Assembly (NCBI GenBank): GCA_002791805.1
Contig: PFND01000041.1
Span: 1 to 18,317 of the forward strand
Reading direction: 5' to 3'
DNA length: 18,317 bases
DNA from: Alphaproteobacteria bacterium CG_4_10_14_0_8_um_filter_53_9
GTDB taxonomy: Bacteria > Pseudomonadota > Alphaproteobacteria > UBA2136 > UBA6156
Shown here: piece by piece, positions 1 through 8,135 of the stretch
Position numbering within the stretch: the first letter of the stretch is position 1
Layout of the letters: each line of letters begins with the position of its first letter
Translations under genes and position numbers: made by a program
The notes under the pieces: generated by a model
Database searches by the model: none
What the model was told of the DNA's origin: nothing
What the model saw: only the letters and a program-made list of their open reading frames with translations

Positions 1-725
1 TCACCATCAGCCCGGATGAGAAGGAGGAAGAGGTCATCAGCCTGTTTGAAAAATACGATATTCATAACCTCGCCGTGGTAAACACCAAAAATCAACTCCT
101 CGGGCGTATCACAATAGATGACGTGCTGGATGTGGTGATGGAACGGGCCGCGCGTCAACAAGCCCGCGCCGCCGGGGTGGATGAAACGGACGATCTCTTT
201 GCCCCGGCCATAGAGACCGCCCAGCACCGCATGCCGTGGCTTATCATCAATCTGGGTACGGCCATCGCCGCCGCCGCCGTCATTGCCTTGTTTGAGGAAT
301 CTATTGCAAAGCTCACCGTCCTCGCGGTGCTCATGCCCATTGTCACCAGCATGGGAGGCAACGCCACCACGCAAACGCAAACGGTTATCATTCGGGCATT
401 GGCACTCGGCCAAATCACCAAACAAAACGGGCTGGCACTTCTCAAAAAGGAGCTCACAGTCGGCAGCATGAAAGGCCTCAGCCTCGCCATGCTTATCGCC
501 CTGGGCACGTGGCTGCTGTATGGCCAGCCCATGCTGGCGCTGGTTATCGCGCTGGCCACCGTGGCCAACCACCTCATTGCCGCCTGGGCAGGGTGGATAA
601 CCCCCATCATGCTGAAAAAATATAAGTTCGATCCCGCCATCGCCACAGGGGTCATAACCACCACCTTCACCGATGTCGGCGGTTTCTTCGTCTTCCTCGG
701 CCTCGCCACCCTCCTACTCCTCTAA
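1..725 (+). CDS. mgtE: Mg2+ transporter MgtE, C-terminal part (5' end outside window; in-frame from nt 3)
   Basis: Frame continues open from the window start (TISPDEKEEEVISLFEKYDIHNLAVVNTKNQLLGRITIDDVLDVVMER), which fits a CBS-domain end. It is followed by a glycine/alanine-rich multi-helix membrane domain ending DVGGFFVFLGLATLLLL, typical of MgtE. Stop TAA at 723-725. Confidence 0.85.
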   Translation, partial: TISPDEKEEEVISLFEKYDIHNLAVVNTKNQLLGRITIDDVLDVVMERAARQQARAAGVDETDDLFAPAIETAQHRMPWLIINLGTAIAAAAVIALFEESIAKLTVLAVLMPIVTSMGGNATTQTQTVIIRALALGQITKQNGLALLKKELTVGSMKGLSLAMLIALGTWLLYGQPMLALVIALATVANHLIAAWAGWITPIMLKKYKFDPAIATGVITTTFTDVGGFFVFLGLATLLLL

Positions 726-740
726 AATCCAAGAATAAAA

Positions 741-773
741 GCACAAAAAACCGGGCGCCATTAGGGCGCCCGG
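741..773 (-). terminator. Rho-independent terminator, mainly for the minus-strand flotillin gene; may also stop mgtE
   Basis: Perfect 9-bp stem CCGGGCGCC (751-759) and GGCGCCCGG (765-773) with a 5-nt loop. On the minus strand it is followed by TTTTTTGTGCTTTT (complement of 733-750). The plus-strand U-run is weak. Confidence 0.7.
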
Positions 774-797
774 GGTCGTTATTCAATCGCGAGAAGC

Positions 798-2180
798 TTA
801 ACGCTTGCGAGGCGCTGTTGCCGGCTTTTCAGCAGCAACATCTCCAGCCGAGGAAGAAGGAGACGAAGTGTCGCCCTTGTTCATCAGGCCCTTGAGCGCA
901 TCAAGAACGCCACGTCCTTGCTCGGTATTGGCCAAGCCTTCCAGCATGGTACCGATCTGCAATCCGCCCTTACCAGAGAAGAGTTGCATGGCATCGGTCA
1001 AACCTTCAGTGGCAGAGCCAGTGTTGGTGATGACCTTGACGTCGGCTGTGGTCAAGGCCGCAGCCTGTGCCTTGCCAACGCTCTCCTGAGCCTCGATCGC
1101 TCTGATGCCGAGCAGGTAAGCCTGATATTCGGGCAACGATGCAATCTTCTCGGCCAGAGCAATCTGGGCATCGACCGGTGCCATGAGAATGGCCTTGTCG
1201 GCCGCGCCCTTGGCTTCACCGTTCACCTTGACACCTTCAGCTTCGCGCTTTGCAGCTTCCAGCTTGCCGTCTGCGTCACGGATAGCAACTTCACGCTGCT
1301 CATCAGCGGCAACAATGGCCGCCTCCATGTTGATTTCGGCCTGCTTGACCTGATCAACACGTGTCACTTCCATGGCACGTTCGCGTGTGGTTTTTTCCTG
1401 AGTCAGAACTTCCTGACGAGAAAGCTGCTGGGCAATGCCCACAGCCTTGTCCTTCTCGGCAGTCCGTTCGCCCACGGCCTGCTCGGCCTGCTGGCGGCTG
1501 ATGTCGACCTGACGACGAGCCTCGATCTCAGCTTCTTCTGCCGCCCGCATGTTCTCGGCGACTTCAATGCGGCTGAGGCGGTCGATCTCCGAGGACTTCA
1601 TGGCCATAATGTTGGCCACAACTCTTGATCCTTCGGCATCACGGATGTCCATGAGCTCCAGGTTCTTGACAGTGCGAAGCCCCCAGCTCTTCAGGTCGTT
1701 CGCGACTTCTTCGGTGAACTTGTCACCGAATTGGGCACGATCGGTCATGATGACGTTGATTTCATAGGCCGCCAGAACGCGCCGGGCAGCGCCCTGAACA
1801 ATTCCGAAGATATCCTCAGGCATGACCTTGAAATCGGGGATGCGCTTTGCCGCGGTCAGCGGATCGTCGACCTGAAAGAAGGCCGTAACGTCAACCATGA
1901 ACTGAAGCCTGTTTACATCATATGCGTCGTAGTCCTTGAGCGAGATGGAGAAGTTGTTCATCGGGATTTCGCGAAAAACGATACCGATTTTCGGAATGAA
2001 GGACGGCCAACGATAGTAGACGTTGCCGTTATCCAGGCCAGAACCATAGGCTGCAGTAGCCTTCTGGGACTGGACAATGTGCACCTTGTCTGTCGGCACA
2101 ACGGTGCGGAAAATCATGGCAATGATAATCGCCACGATGAGAAGGATCAGGGCGATCCCGCCAAGAATGAAGGTTGTCAT
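798..2180 (-). CDS. Flotillin-like SPFH/band-7 domain membrane protein (YqiK/FloT-like)
   Basis: N-terminal TM helix (MTTFILGGIALILLIVAIIIAMIF), then an SPFH domain, a long E/A/R/Q-rich coiled-coil region (RAAEEAEIEARRQVDISRQQAEQA...) and a C-terminal low-complexity tail. The chosen start ATG at 2180 is preceded by AAGGAG at 8-nt spacing. The ORF track extends to 2396, but that extension is W/F/C-rich junk. Confidence 0.85.
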   Translation of the reverse strand: MTTFILGGIALILLIVAIIIAMIFRTVVPTDKVHIVQSQKATAAYGSGLDNGNVYYRWPSFIPKIGIVFREIPMNNFSISLKDYDAYDVNRLQFMVDVTAFFQVDDPLTAAKRIPDFKVMPEDIFGIVQGAARRVLAAYEINVIMTDRAQFGDKFTEEVANDLKSWGLRTVKNLELMDIRDAEGSRVVANIMAMKSSEIDRLSRIEVAENMRAAEEAEIEARRQVDISRQQAEQAVGERTAEKDKAVGIAQQLSRQEVLTQEKTTRERAMEVTRVDQVKQAEINMEAAIVAADEQREVAIRDADGKLEAAKREAEGVKVNGEAKGAADKAILMAPVDAQIALAEKIASLPEYQAYLLGIRAIEAQESVGKAQAAALTTADVKVITNTGSATEGLTDAMQLFSGKGGLQIGTMLEGLANTEQGRGVLDALKGLMNKGDTSSPSSSAGDVAAEKPATAPRKR

Positions 2181-2214
2181 AGTCAAAGCTCCTTTTGAGC
2201 AAGCCCCGAAGGGC

Positions 2215-2224
2215 GGGGGGGGGG
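2215..2224. repeat. G10 homopolymer (C10 on the flotillin mRNA strand) in the flotillin leader/promoter, about 34 nt upstream of the start codon
   Basis: gggcgggggggggg at 2211-2224. Ten consecutive G from 2215 to 2224. Confidence 0.9.
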
Positions 2225-2424
2225 AATCAAAGCCCAAAGGCCCGAGAAAAGGATGCCCCAAGGCAAACCAATTGGCGGGCCTGCGGGCAATGGAACGAAT
2301 GTTCTCCACCCAAATAGATACCCATGCATACATATTCAAGAGCTTGAATGTAAAAACATGTAAAAAAGCCCAAAAAAGCGCCATAACCCTCCCCAAACAT
2401 CCACAAAAGTGCTAAAAGCAGGCC

Positions 2425-5079
2425 ATGGATAATCTATTTGCCCCCACCATTAAGCCCATCACCATAGAAGACGAAATGCAGAAGTCCTATTTGGATTATG
2501 CGATGTCGGTCATTGTCAGCCGTGCCCTGCCGGATGTGCGGGATGGCCTCAAGCCCGTCCACCGCCGCATTTTGTACGCTCAAAATCAAATGAGCAACGA
2601 TTGGAACCGTAAATATCTCAAGTCTGCCCGTGTCGTCGGGGATGTCATGGGTAAATATCACCCTCACGGGGATAGCTCTATTTATATGGCCATGGCCCGC
2701 ATGGCGCAGGATTTCAGCATGCGCCTGCCATTAGAAGATGGTCAAGGTAACTTCGGGAGCATGGATGGCGATAACCCCGCCGCCATGCGCTATACAGAGA
2801 TTCGTCTCTCTCGCCCCGGCTCCGCCATGCTTCAGGATATTGAAGAAGGCACGGTAGATTTTCGTCCCAACTACGATGGATCGGAGAAAGAACCTGCTGT
2901 TCTCCCCACGCGCATTCCCAACCTGTTGGTTAACGGAAGCGGGGGTATCGCGGTCGGTATGGCCACCAATATTCCGCCGCACAACTTAGGAGAAGTGATT
3001 AACGGAATCCTTTATCTTATTGATAATCCAGAACAACTGGCAGAAGAGGCAGCCTTTAGTCTGAGAGAGATTATCCTCGGACCCGATTTCCCCACAGGCG
3101 GCACCATCATGGGTGGCGCAGGTATTTTGGGCGGTCATCAGGCGGGCCGCGGCAGCGTGGTCATTCGGGGTAAAGCGGTCATCGAGCAAAAAGGCGAGAC
3201 CCGCAATCACATCATCATCACCGAGATTCCCTATCAGGTAAACAAATCCAAACTGGTGGAGCAAATTGCCGATCTGGTGAAGGAGAAAAAAGTAGAGGAT
3301 ATTTCGGATCTGCGCGACGAGTCCGATCGTCACGGCGTCCGCGTCGTGGTGGAGCTTAAACGCGGCGCCAATGCCGAAGTCGTGCTCAACCAGCTGTATA
3401 AAAACACGCAGCTCCAAACCAGCTTCAGCTATAACATGGTGGTGCTGGATAAAGGCCTTCCCCGCCTCATGGGCATCCCGCAAGTGTTGCGCTGTTTCAT
3501 TGCCCACAGAGAAGATGTGGTGAACCGCCGCACCCGCCACCGCCTGTCCAAGGCGAGAGATCGCGCCCACATCTTGGTCGGCCTCGGCATCTCTGTCGCC
3601 AATATTGATGAAGTTATTGCGCTCATCCGTAACGCACCGGATGGCGCCACCGCCAAGGATAAGCTCATGGCACGCGAGTGGCCGTCAGAAGCGGTGCTCC
3701 CCTTGCTGGAACTGTTGGGGGAAGCCAGCCAAGGCGCAACCTATAAACTCTCGGCCGTGCAAGCTCAGGCCATTCTGGATCTCCGCCTCCAACGCCTCAC
3801 AGGGCTGGAGCGCGATAAGATCATGGATGAAACCAAGGAAATTGCCGAGGTCATCGCAGGCCTTCTCAAAATCCTGTCAGATCGCCCCACCTTGCTTAAC
3901 CTTATTAAAGAAGAGCTGATCGAAGTCCGCGATCTCTTTGCCACCCCGCGCAAAACAAATATAGAAGCCGGCGGGTCAGATATGTCGCTGGAAGATCTTA
4001 TTCAGCCGGAAGATATGGTTGTCACCATCAGCTCAGATGGCTATGTCAAACGCGTGCCCCTCGCCGCGTTCCGCGCCCAGCGCCGCGGGGGCAAAGGTAA
4101 GGCAGCGGCCAACCTGCGGGATAACGAACAAATGTCATCCCTCTTTGCCGCCAACACGCACGATCCCTTGCTGTTCTTCACCAACATGGGCAACGTGTTC
4201 AAACTCAAATGTTACGAGCTTCCCCAAGCCTCCGCCACCACACGGGGCAAGGCGTTCGTCAACTTGCTGCCGCTCCAAAAGGATGAGACCGTGGCCGCCG
4301 TCATTCCCACCCCACGGGATGAAAAAGCCTGGGCAGAGTATTTCCTGATTTTCGGCACACAAAACGGCGCCGTGCGCAAAACACCGCTCACCGCTTACGC
4401 CAACGTCCGCAGCTCAGGTATCTACGGCATGGGCCTGAATGATGGAGACAGACTCCTCGGCGTGCACCTCTATCACGAGCCCACCGGGGCAGATGTGATT
4501 ATGTCATCGCAAAACGGTCAGGCCGTGCGGTTCTCTGCTCAGTCAGATCAGTTGCGCCCCATCGCCTCCCGCACCAGCACCGGTGTCCGCGGTATGTCGC
4601 TCAAAAATAAAGATCAGGTCATGGCCATCCACTTGGTCACCCCGGCAGAGAGCCACATCCTCACCGTCACCGCCAACGGTTACGGTAAGCTTACGGATGC
4701 GCCGGATTATCCCACCAAAGGCCGTGGCACCATGGGGGTCATCAGCATCAAAACCAGCTCCCGCAATGGTAACGTGGTTGCCGCGCTGCCGGTAAGTCTG
4801 GAAGATCAGATTATGCTCGCCACGTCAGATGGTCAGCTGATCCGCATGAACGTGGCCGATATCAGCGTCATGGGCCGCAACACCCAAGGGGTGAAGCTGT
4901 TCGGGACAGATGGCTCCAAAGTCACCCTCGTCACCCGCCTCAGTGCCGATATGCTGGGCCGCGGCGACGAAGAGGACGACGGCGAGGACGACGGCATAAT
5001 CCAGCCCATGCTGGCAGAAGCTCCCGAAGCCATGCCGGAAGGAGACACACCGGAAGGTGAACCCACACCAGAGGCCTAA
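2425..5079 (+). CDS. gyrA: DNA gyrase subunit A
   Basis: 884 aa. N-terminus [41 protein letters not shown] (QRDR region) with active-site Tyr context AAMRYTE. C-terminal beta-pinwheel repeats and an acidic tail ([11 protein letters not shown]...). Confidence 0.97.
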   Translation: MDNLFAPTIKPITIEDEMQKSYLDYAMSVIVSRALPDVRDGLKPVHRRILYAQNQMSNDWNRKYLKSARVVGDVMGKYHPHGDSSIYMAMARMAQDFSMRLPLEDGQGNFGSMDGDNPAAMRYTEIRLSRPGSAMLQDIEEGTVDFRPNYDGSEKEPAVLPTRIPNLLVNGSGGIAVGMATNIPPHNLGEVINGILYLIDNPEQLAEEAAFSLREIILGPDFPTGGTIMGGAGILGGHQAGRGSVVIRGKAVIEQKGETRNHIIITEIPYQVNKSKLVEQIADLVKEKKVEDISDLRDESDRHGVRVVVELKRGANAEVVLNQLYKNTQLQTSFSYNMVVLDKGLPRLMGIPQVLRCFIAHREDVVNRRTRHRLSKARDRAHILVGLGISVANIDEVIALIRNAPDGATAKDKLMAREWPSEAVLPLLELLGEASQGATYKLSAVQAQAILDLRLQRLTGLERDKIMDETKEIAEVIAGLLKILSDRPTLLNLIKEELIEVRDLFATPRKTNIEAGGSDMSLEDLIQPEDMVVTISSDGYVKRVPLAAFRAQRRGGKGKAAANLRDNEQMSSLFAANTHDPLLFFTNMGNVFKLKCYELPQASATTRGKAFVNLLPLQKDETVAAVIPTPRDEKAWAEYFLIFGTQNGAVRKTPLTAYANVRSSGIYGMGLNDGDRLLGVHLYHEPTGADVIMSSQNGQAVRFSAQSDQLRPIASRTSTGVRGMSLKNKDQVMAIHLVTPAESHILTVTANGYGKLTDAPDYPTKGRGTMGVISIKTSSRNGNVVAALPVSLEDQIMLATSDGQLIRMNVADISVMGRNTQGVKLFGTDGSKVTLVTRLSADMLGRGDEEDDGEDDGIIQPMLAEAPEAMPEGDTPEGEPTPEA

Positions 5080-5104
5080 AACTTTGAAATAAATAAAAAA
5101 AACA

Positions 5105-5133
5105 ACAGGGGGCACGTCCCCCTGTCAGTTTTG
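5105..5133 (+). terminator. Rho-independent terminator of gyrA
   Basis: ACAGGGGG-cacgt-CCCCCTGT stem-loop followed by CAGTTTTGT. Confidence 0.8.
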
Positions 5134-5236
5134 TATTCCATAGCCTAATCCCCACTCCCATAAAAACCTCGAAACGACTCACGTTTCACCGCGTACCTAG
5201 CGCGATCTTCTAGGGGGTACTACGAGGGAGCCTGTA

Positions 5237-5341
5237 ATGGCACACGAAATCGACGAAGCCGAAAAATTCATCAACCCCGAGATCGGGGAAACCCGAGAGG
5301 AAGTTGATGAACTTCTCAGGGAGTTTGATCTGGACGATTGA
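5237..5341 (+). CDS. Small acidic protein, 34 aa (MAHEIDEAEKFINPEIGETREEVDELLREFDLDD), unknown function
   Basis: ATG at 5237 preceded by GAGGGAG (5224-5230) at 6-nt spacing. Stop TGA at 5339-5341. A very strong intrinsic terminator follows at 5374-5427. Below the ORF-track size cut-off. Not recognised as a known family. Confidence 0.45.
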   Translation: MAHEIDEAEKFINPEIGETREEVDELLREFDLDD

Positions 5342-5373
5342 TCTCCGCCTCGCCTCTCTGTTCGTGTAAAACA

Positions 5374-5427
5374 GGGGGGTAGGTGAAAGCACATTAAAAG
5401 TGTGTTTCCACCTACCCCTCTTTTTGG
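5374..5427 (+). terminator. Strong rho-independent terminator downstream of the small acidic ORF, immediately upstream of ogt
   Basis: 18-bp stem (5376-5393 paired with 5401-5418; one G-U and one mismatch), 7-nt loop, then CTCTTTTTGG. Confidence 0.8.
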
Positions 5428-5439
5428 TATCCTAAATCT

Positions 5440-5751
5440 ATGGAAAACCAAAAAGATCTCATCAAACTCGCCCGCTCGCTCCAAGGCACGCCGTTTCAAA
5501 AAGCGGTATGGGAGGAACTGGCTAAAATCCCGCGGGGAGAAACCAGAACCTACGCCCAAATCGCCCAAGCCGTCGGTAGCCATCCGCGTCCTGTGGCAAA
5601 TGCATGCGGCAAAAACCCTGCGGCCCCCACCATTCCGTGCCACCGTGTCACAGGCAGCAATGGTACCCTCGGGGGGTATTCAGGGTCAGGCGGCCTCGCC
5701 ACAAAAAAACGCCTCCTGAAAGAAGAAGGCGTGATACTGGAGAAAGAATAA
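5440..5751 (+). CDS. ogt: Methylated-DNA-protein-cysteine methyltransferase, short single-domain form (Ogt/MGMT C-terminal domain only)
   Basis: 103 aa containing the catalytic PCHRV motif (IPCHRVTGSNGTLGGYSGSGGL) and an HTH-like TRTYAQIAQAVG segment. There is no N-terminal domain. No SD precedes the ATG, which sits 12 nt after the terminator U-run. Confidence 0.8.
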   Translation: MENQKDLIKLARSLQGTPFQKAVWEELAKIPRGETRTYAQIAQAVGSHPRPVANACGKNPAAPTIPCHRVTGSNGTLGGYSGSGGLATKKRLLKEEGVILEKE

Positions 5752-5830
5752 GCATAAAACCCATAAAAAGTCGTGCGCGCAGGGTTAAAAATAAAGCGCA
5801 TGCGTCTCAAGCGTGTCACCCCGAGTGGAT

Positions 5831-5862
5831 AAAACCTTAGCAGCTTTGCTGCTGTAGGTTTT
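5831..5862. terminator. Bidirectional rho-independent terminator between the convergent ogt and aminotransferase genes
   Basis: AAAA-CCTTAGCAGC-ttt-GCTGCTGTAGG-TTTT. The stem has one bulge and one G-U pair. An A-run lies on the 5' side and a T-run on the 3' side, so it can terminate both strands. Flanked by further complementary segments (CCCCGAG ... CTCGGGG). Confidence 0.7.
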
Positions 5863-5942
5863 AGCGCACCTCGGGGCTACTTTATCCGTGTGCACAAGGT
5901 TAAAAAAGGGTCAAGAGACAGGGGATAAAGAGTCTCAAACGA

Positions 5943-7139
5943 TTACCTTAAATCTCCCACAAAAACCACCAGCCGCGCCAAAGCTTCTTTCAGCTCCTCG
6001 GCGTTCCCGGCATAGCTGATGCGTATGGCCCCGTCGTCGCCAAAAGCTCCCCCGGGCACCACAGCCACAAAAGCCTCGTTCAAAAGCGCCGTGCAAAAAT
6101 CTTCGTCAGATTTTATCACCGTCCCCGCCGCCGTCGTTTTGCCAAAGCATCCTCTCACTTGAGGAAAGGCGTAAAACGCACCCTCAGGCATAGGGCAGGG
6201 CAGGCCCGCCTCGCGTAAGGCCGCCAGCGTCATGTCTCGTTGGGCAAGCAATCGGGCTTTCTGCACCACCAGGTGGCTGTCATCAAGGCGCAGTGCGGCT
6301 TCCGCCGCCGCCATCACCACACCGGGAACATTGGTAAAACTCTGGCTCGTCAGGGTTAAAAGGTCGCTGATAAGGCTTTTCGGCCCGGCCACAAAGCCCG
6401 CACGCCAACCGGGCATGCCATAGGTTTTGCTTATGCTTTGCACCATAATCATGCGGTCGCGCAGGGCAGGGGCGGTGTGCAGCAGGTGTCCCGCCACCTC
6501 GCCCACAAAAACCAGCTTGTCGTAAATATCGTCAGAGATAATCATCACTTCAGGAAAATCAAGCAGAACCTCGGCAAGCGCCGCCACTTCATCAGGGGTG
6601 TAAAGCATGCCGGTGGGGTTGCTGGGGTTATTAAAAATGAACATTTTAACATCACCAGCCGCCAGCACATCGCGCAACTGGTCGGGAGATATCTTGTAAT
6701 CCTGCGTAGCAGGGGCGCGCATAATCACAGGCTCCCCGCCCGCAAGCTTCACCATATCGGGGTAGCTGGCCCAGTAGGGGGCGGGTATCGCCACCTTGTC
6801 CCCCTCATTCAACGTGGCGAGAAAAATGTTGAACAAGGCACCTTTCCCTCCAACCTGAGCCGCCACTTCAGCCTCGGCATACTCAAACCCGCGCCGCGCC
6901 AAAAAATCGCGGAAAGCCGTCACAAGGCCTGCCGCCCCACGGCCGGGTAAGTAGTCTCCGCTGTCTTGGTCCACCGCAGCCCTCGCCGCATCATAAACAG
7001 CCATAGGGGGCTTAAACCCGGGCACACCAATAGAAAGGCCAATAACGGGCTTTCCTTCAGCCTTCAACGCACGCGCCAGTCCGGCAACTTTAATAATGGC
7101 CGATTCTTTGACCGCATTCATCCGTGCCGCTCGTTGCAT
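5943..7139 (-). CDS. Aspartate/aromatic aminotransferase, PLP-dependent class I
   Basis: 398 aa starting MQRAARMNAVKESAIIKVAGLARALKAEGKPVIGLSIG. Conserved NPSNPTG motif and PLP-lysine context SISKTYGMPGWRAGF. Start ATG at 7139 is preceded by AGGAGAG at 6-nt spacing. The ORF-track extension to 7904 is junk (W/C/R-rich). Confidence 0.9.
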   Translation of the reverse strand: MQRAARMNAVKESAIIKVAGLARALKAEGKPVIGLSIGVPGFKPPMAVYDAARAAVDQDSGDYLPGRGAAGLVTAFRDFLARRGFEYAEAEVAAQVGGKGALFNIFLATLNEGDKVAIPAPYWASYPDMVKLAGGEPVIMRAPATQDYKISPDQLRDVLAAGDVKMFIFNNPSNPTGMLYTPDEVAALAEVLLDFPEVMIISDDIYDKLVFVGEVAGHLLHTAPALRDRMIMVQSISKTYGMPGWRAGFVAGPKSLISDLLTLTSQSFTNVPGVVMAAAEAALRLDDSHLVVQKARLLAQRDMTLAALREAGLPCPMPEGAFYAFPQVRGCFGKTTAAGTVIKSDEDFCTALLNEAFVAVVPGGAFGDDGAIRISYAGNAEELKEALARLVVFVGDLR

Positions 7140-7781
7140 GAGTATCTCTCCTCTGGTTATTTTTTCGGCTCCCATCCTACGCCAAAACTTGACACCTGCA
7201 ACCCTGTATGATTGGATACAAATGTTAATCGGTGCATCAGAGTTTTTCATAAGCGGGCTTCCAACACCCGCAAAACCATATCTCCTGCACCCATCTTCAA
7301 ACTCTCCAGAAATGTCAGAGGGATAACAAAATGCCAGAAACGTCAAACGTTTCGTCGTCTTCTTTTTCCAATATGCTTGGCAGCACATCCAAACGCGGAA
7401 AACGTCGCCAACACCCGCAAGGCCGTTATGGCCAAGTGGAAGGTGCTGCTCGCCCGCCAGCTGCCAAACCCATCTGTGCCCGTCATGCAGATACACCTCC
7501 CGGTCTGTCGGCGGAGCCCAATATGAGAAGGCTTCCCTATGAGAAGCTCGCAGCCTTGGCACCAGCAAAGCCAGAAACAACAGCCTCACCATCTCGTGTA
7601 GCCATGAGCCAAAACACGTCGTATGAGCCAGGCCGCACAGAAAAAGGCCCAGAAAAAACATCGCAACATGAAGGCCGCGGCGGAAGCCGCCGTGAGCGCC
7701 ATCGTGTGGCAGATGGCAATCAAAAGCCCATGAAAGATCGCAGTATGCGAGAAATCTGCGGCTTATAACCTTCCCCCCCGA

Positions 7782-7803
7782 CCGCCCAGAATAATCTGGG
7801 CGG
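7782..7803. promoter_or_regulatory. Perfect 9-4-9 palindrome CCGCCCAGA-ataa-TCTGGGCGG, candidate operator or RNA hairpin
   Basis: Exact inverted repeat read from the sequence. It lies about 10 nt upstream of the AAGGAG of the mini-ORF at 7827 and directly after a C7 run (7773-7779). No U-run follows on either strand, so it is not a terminator. Confidence 0.5.
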
Positions 7804-7826
7804 CGCAACAAAAGGAGTATCAGCGC

Positions 7827-7892
7827 ATGAAGCTTTTTAAATGGGACAAGAAAGAACCCTTCGTGCAACTTTGGAGGGGGCGCGGCGCATAA
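7827..7892 (+). CDS. Candidate leader peptide mini-ORF, 21 aa (MKLFKWDKKEPFVQLWRGRGA)
   Basis: ATG at 7827 preceded by AAGGAG (7812-7817) at 9-nt spacing. Stop TAA at 7890-7892. Followed by a strong hairpin (7918-7959) and an intrinsic terminator (8037-8068) before the aconitase start at 8136. Confidence 0.3.
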   Translation: MKLFKWDKKEPFVQLWRGRGA

Positions 7893-7917
7893 GCCTGCAA
7901 ACATCGCAGGTTAGCGC

Positions 7918-7959
7918 CCGCCCTCTCCACCCGGCGTATATCTCCGGGGGAGAGGACGG
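7918..7959 (+). other. GC-rich RNA stem-loop (about 15 bp, one bulge and one mismatch) in the aconitase upstream leader
   Basis: CCGCCCTCTCCACCCGG-cgtatatct-CCGGGGGAGAGGACGG. Confidence 0.5.
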
Positions 7960-8036
7960 TGATCCAACTATCTGGGCAGCAGGAAAGTTCAGCCCTCACC
8001 TGCTTATACTCCCATCAATAGTCAAGGAGGCTTGAT

Positions 8037-8068
8037 ACGGCGGCCACAGTAGTGGCCGTCCTTTTTTT
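8037..8068 (+). terminator. Rho-independent terminator 68 nt upstream of the aconitase start codon
   Basis: CGGCCAC-agta-GTGGCCG stem (extendable with ACGG and a G-U pair) followed by TCCTTTTTTTG (T7). Confidence 0.75.
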
Positions 8069-8135
8069 GTCGCCATCTTGCGTTAAGTTGCAAAGCCCCG
8101 TAAAAAGGTAGGGTCAAAAAATAAAAGGTAAAAAC

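Noticed and set aside
918-1628. 236-aa plus-strand ORF and other antisense or alternative-frame ORFs inside flotillin, gyrA, aconitase, bamB, tolB and prmA
   Set aside because: They are entirely contained within well-supported genes and have Gly/Arg/His-rich wrong-frame composition. They are shadow ORFs typical of GC-rich DNA.
2181-2396. N-terminal extension of the flotillin ORF
   Set aside because: Junk-like translation. An AAGGAG RBS precedes the internal start at 2180, where a canonical TM helix begins.
5210-5392. 60-aa minus-strand ORF antisense to the small acidic ORF
   Set aside because: No RBS. The terminator polarity and the SD favour the plus-strand 34-aa ORF.
7331-7768. 145-aa plus-strand ORF with a GAGGG upstream
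   Set aside because: The product is a low-complexity basic S/R/K/P/G string. Its third-position GC (about 45%) is well below that of neighbouring genes, so it is more likely non-coding.
7140-7904. 255-codon in-frame N-terminal extension of the aminotransferase ORF (track start at 7904)
   Set aside because: The extension translates to W/C/R/F-rich junk. A good AGGAGAG RBS precedes the internal ATG at 7139, where the aminotransferase-like sequence begins.
7841-8035. 64-aa plus-strand ORF ending 6 nt before the terminator
   Set aside because: It has no RBS, and a strong RNA hairpin lies inside it. It overlaps the better-supported mini-ORF at 7827 in another frame. Left as a possibility only.
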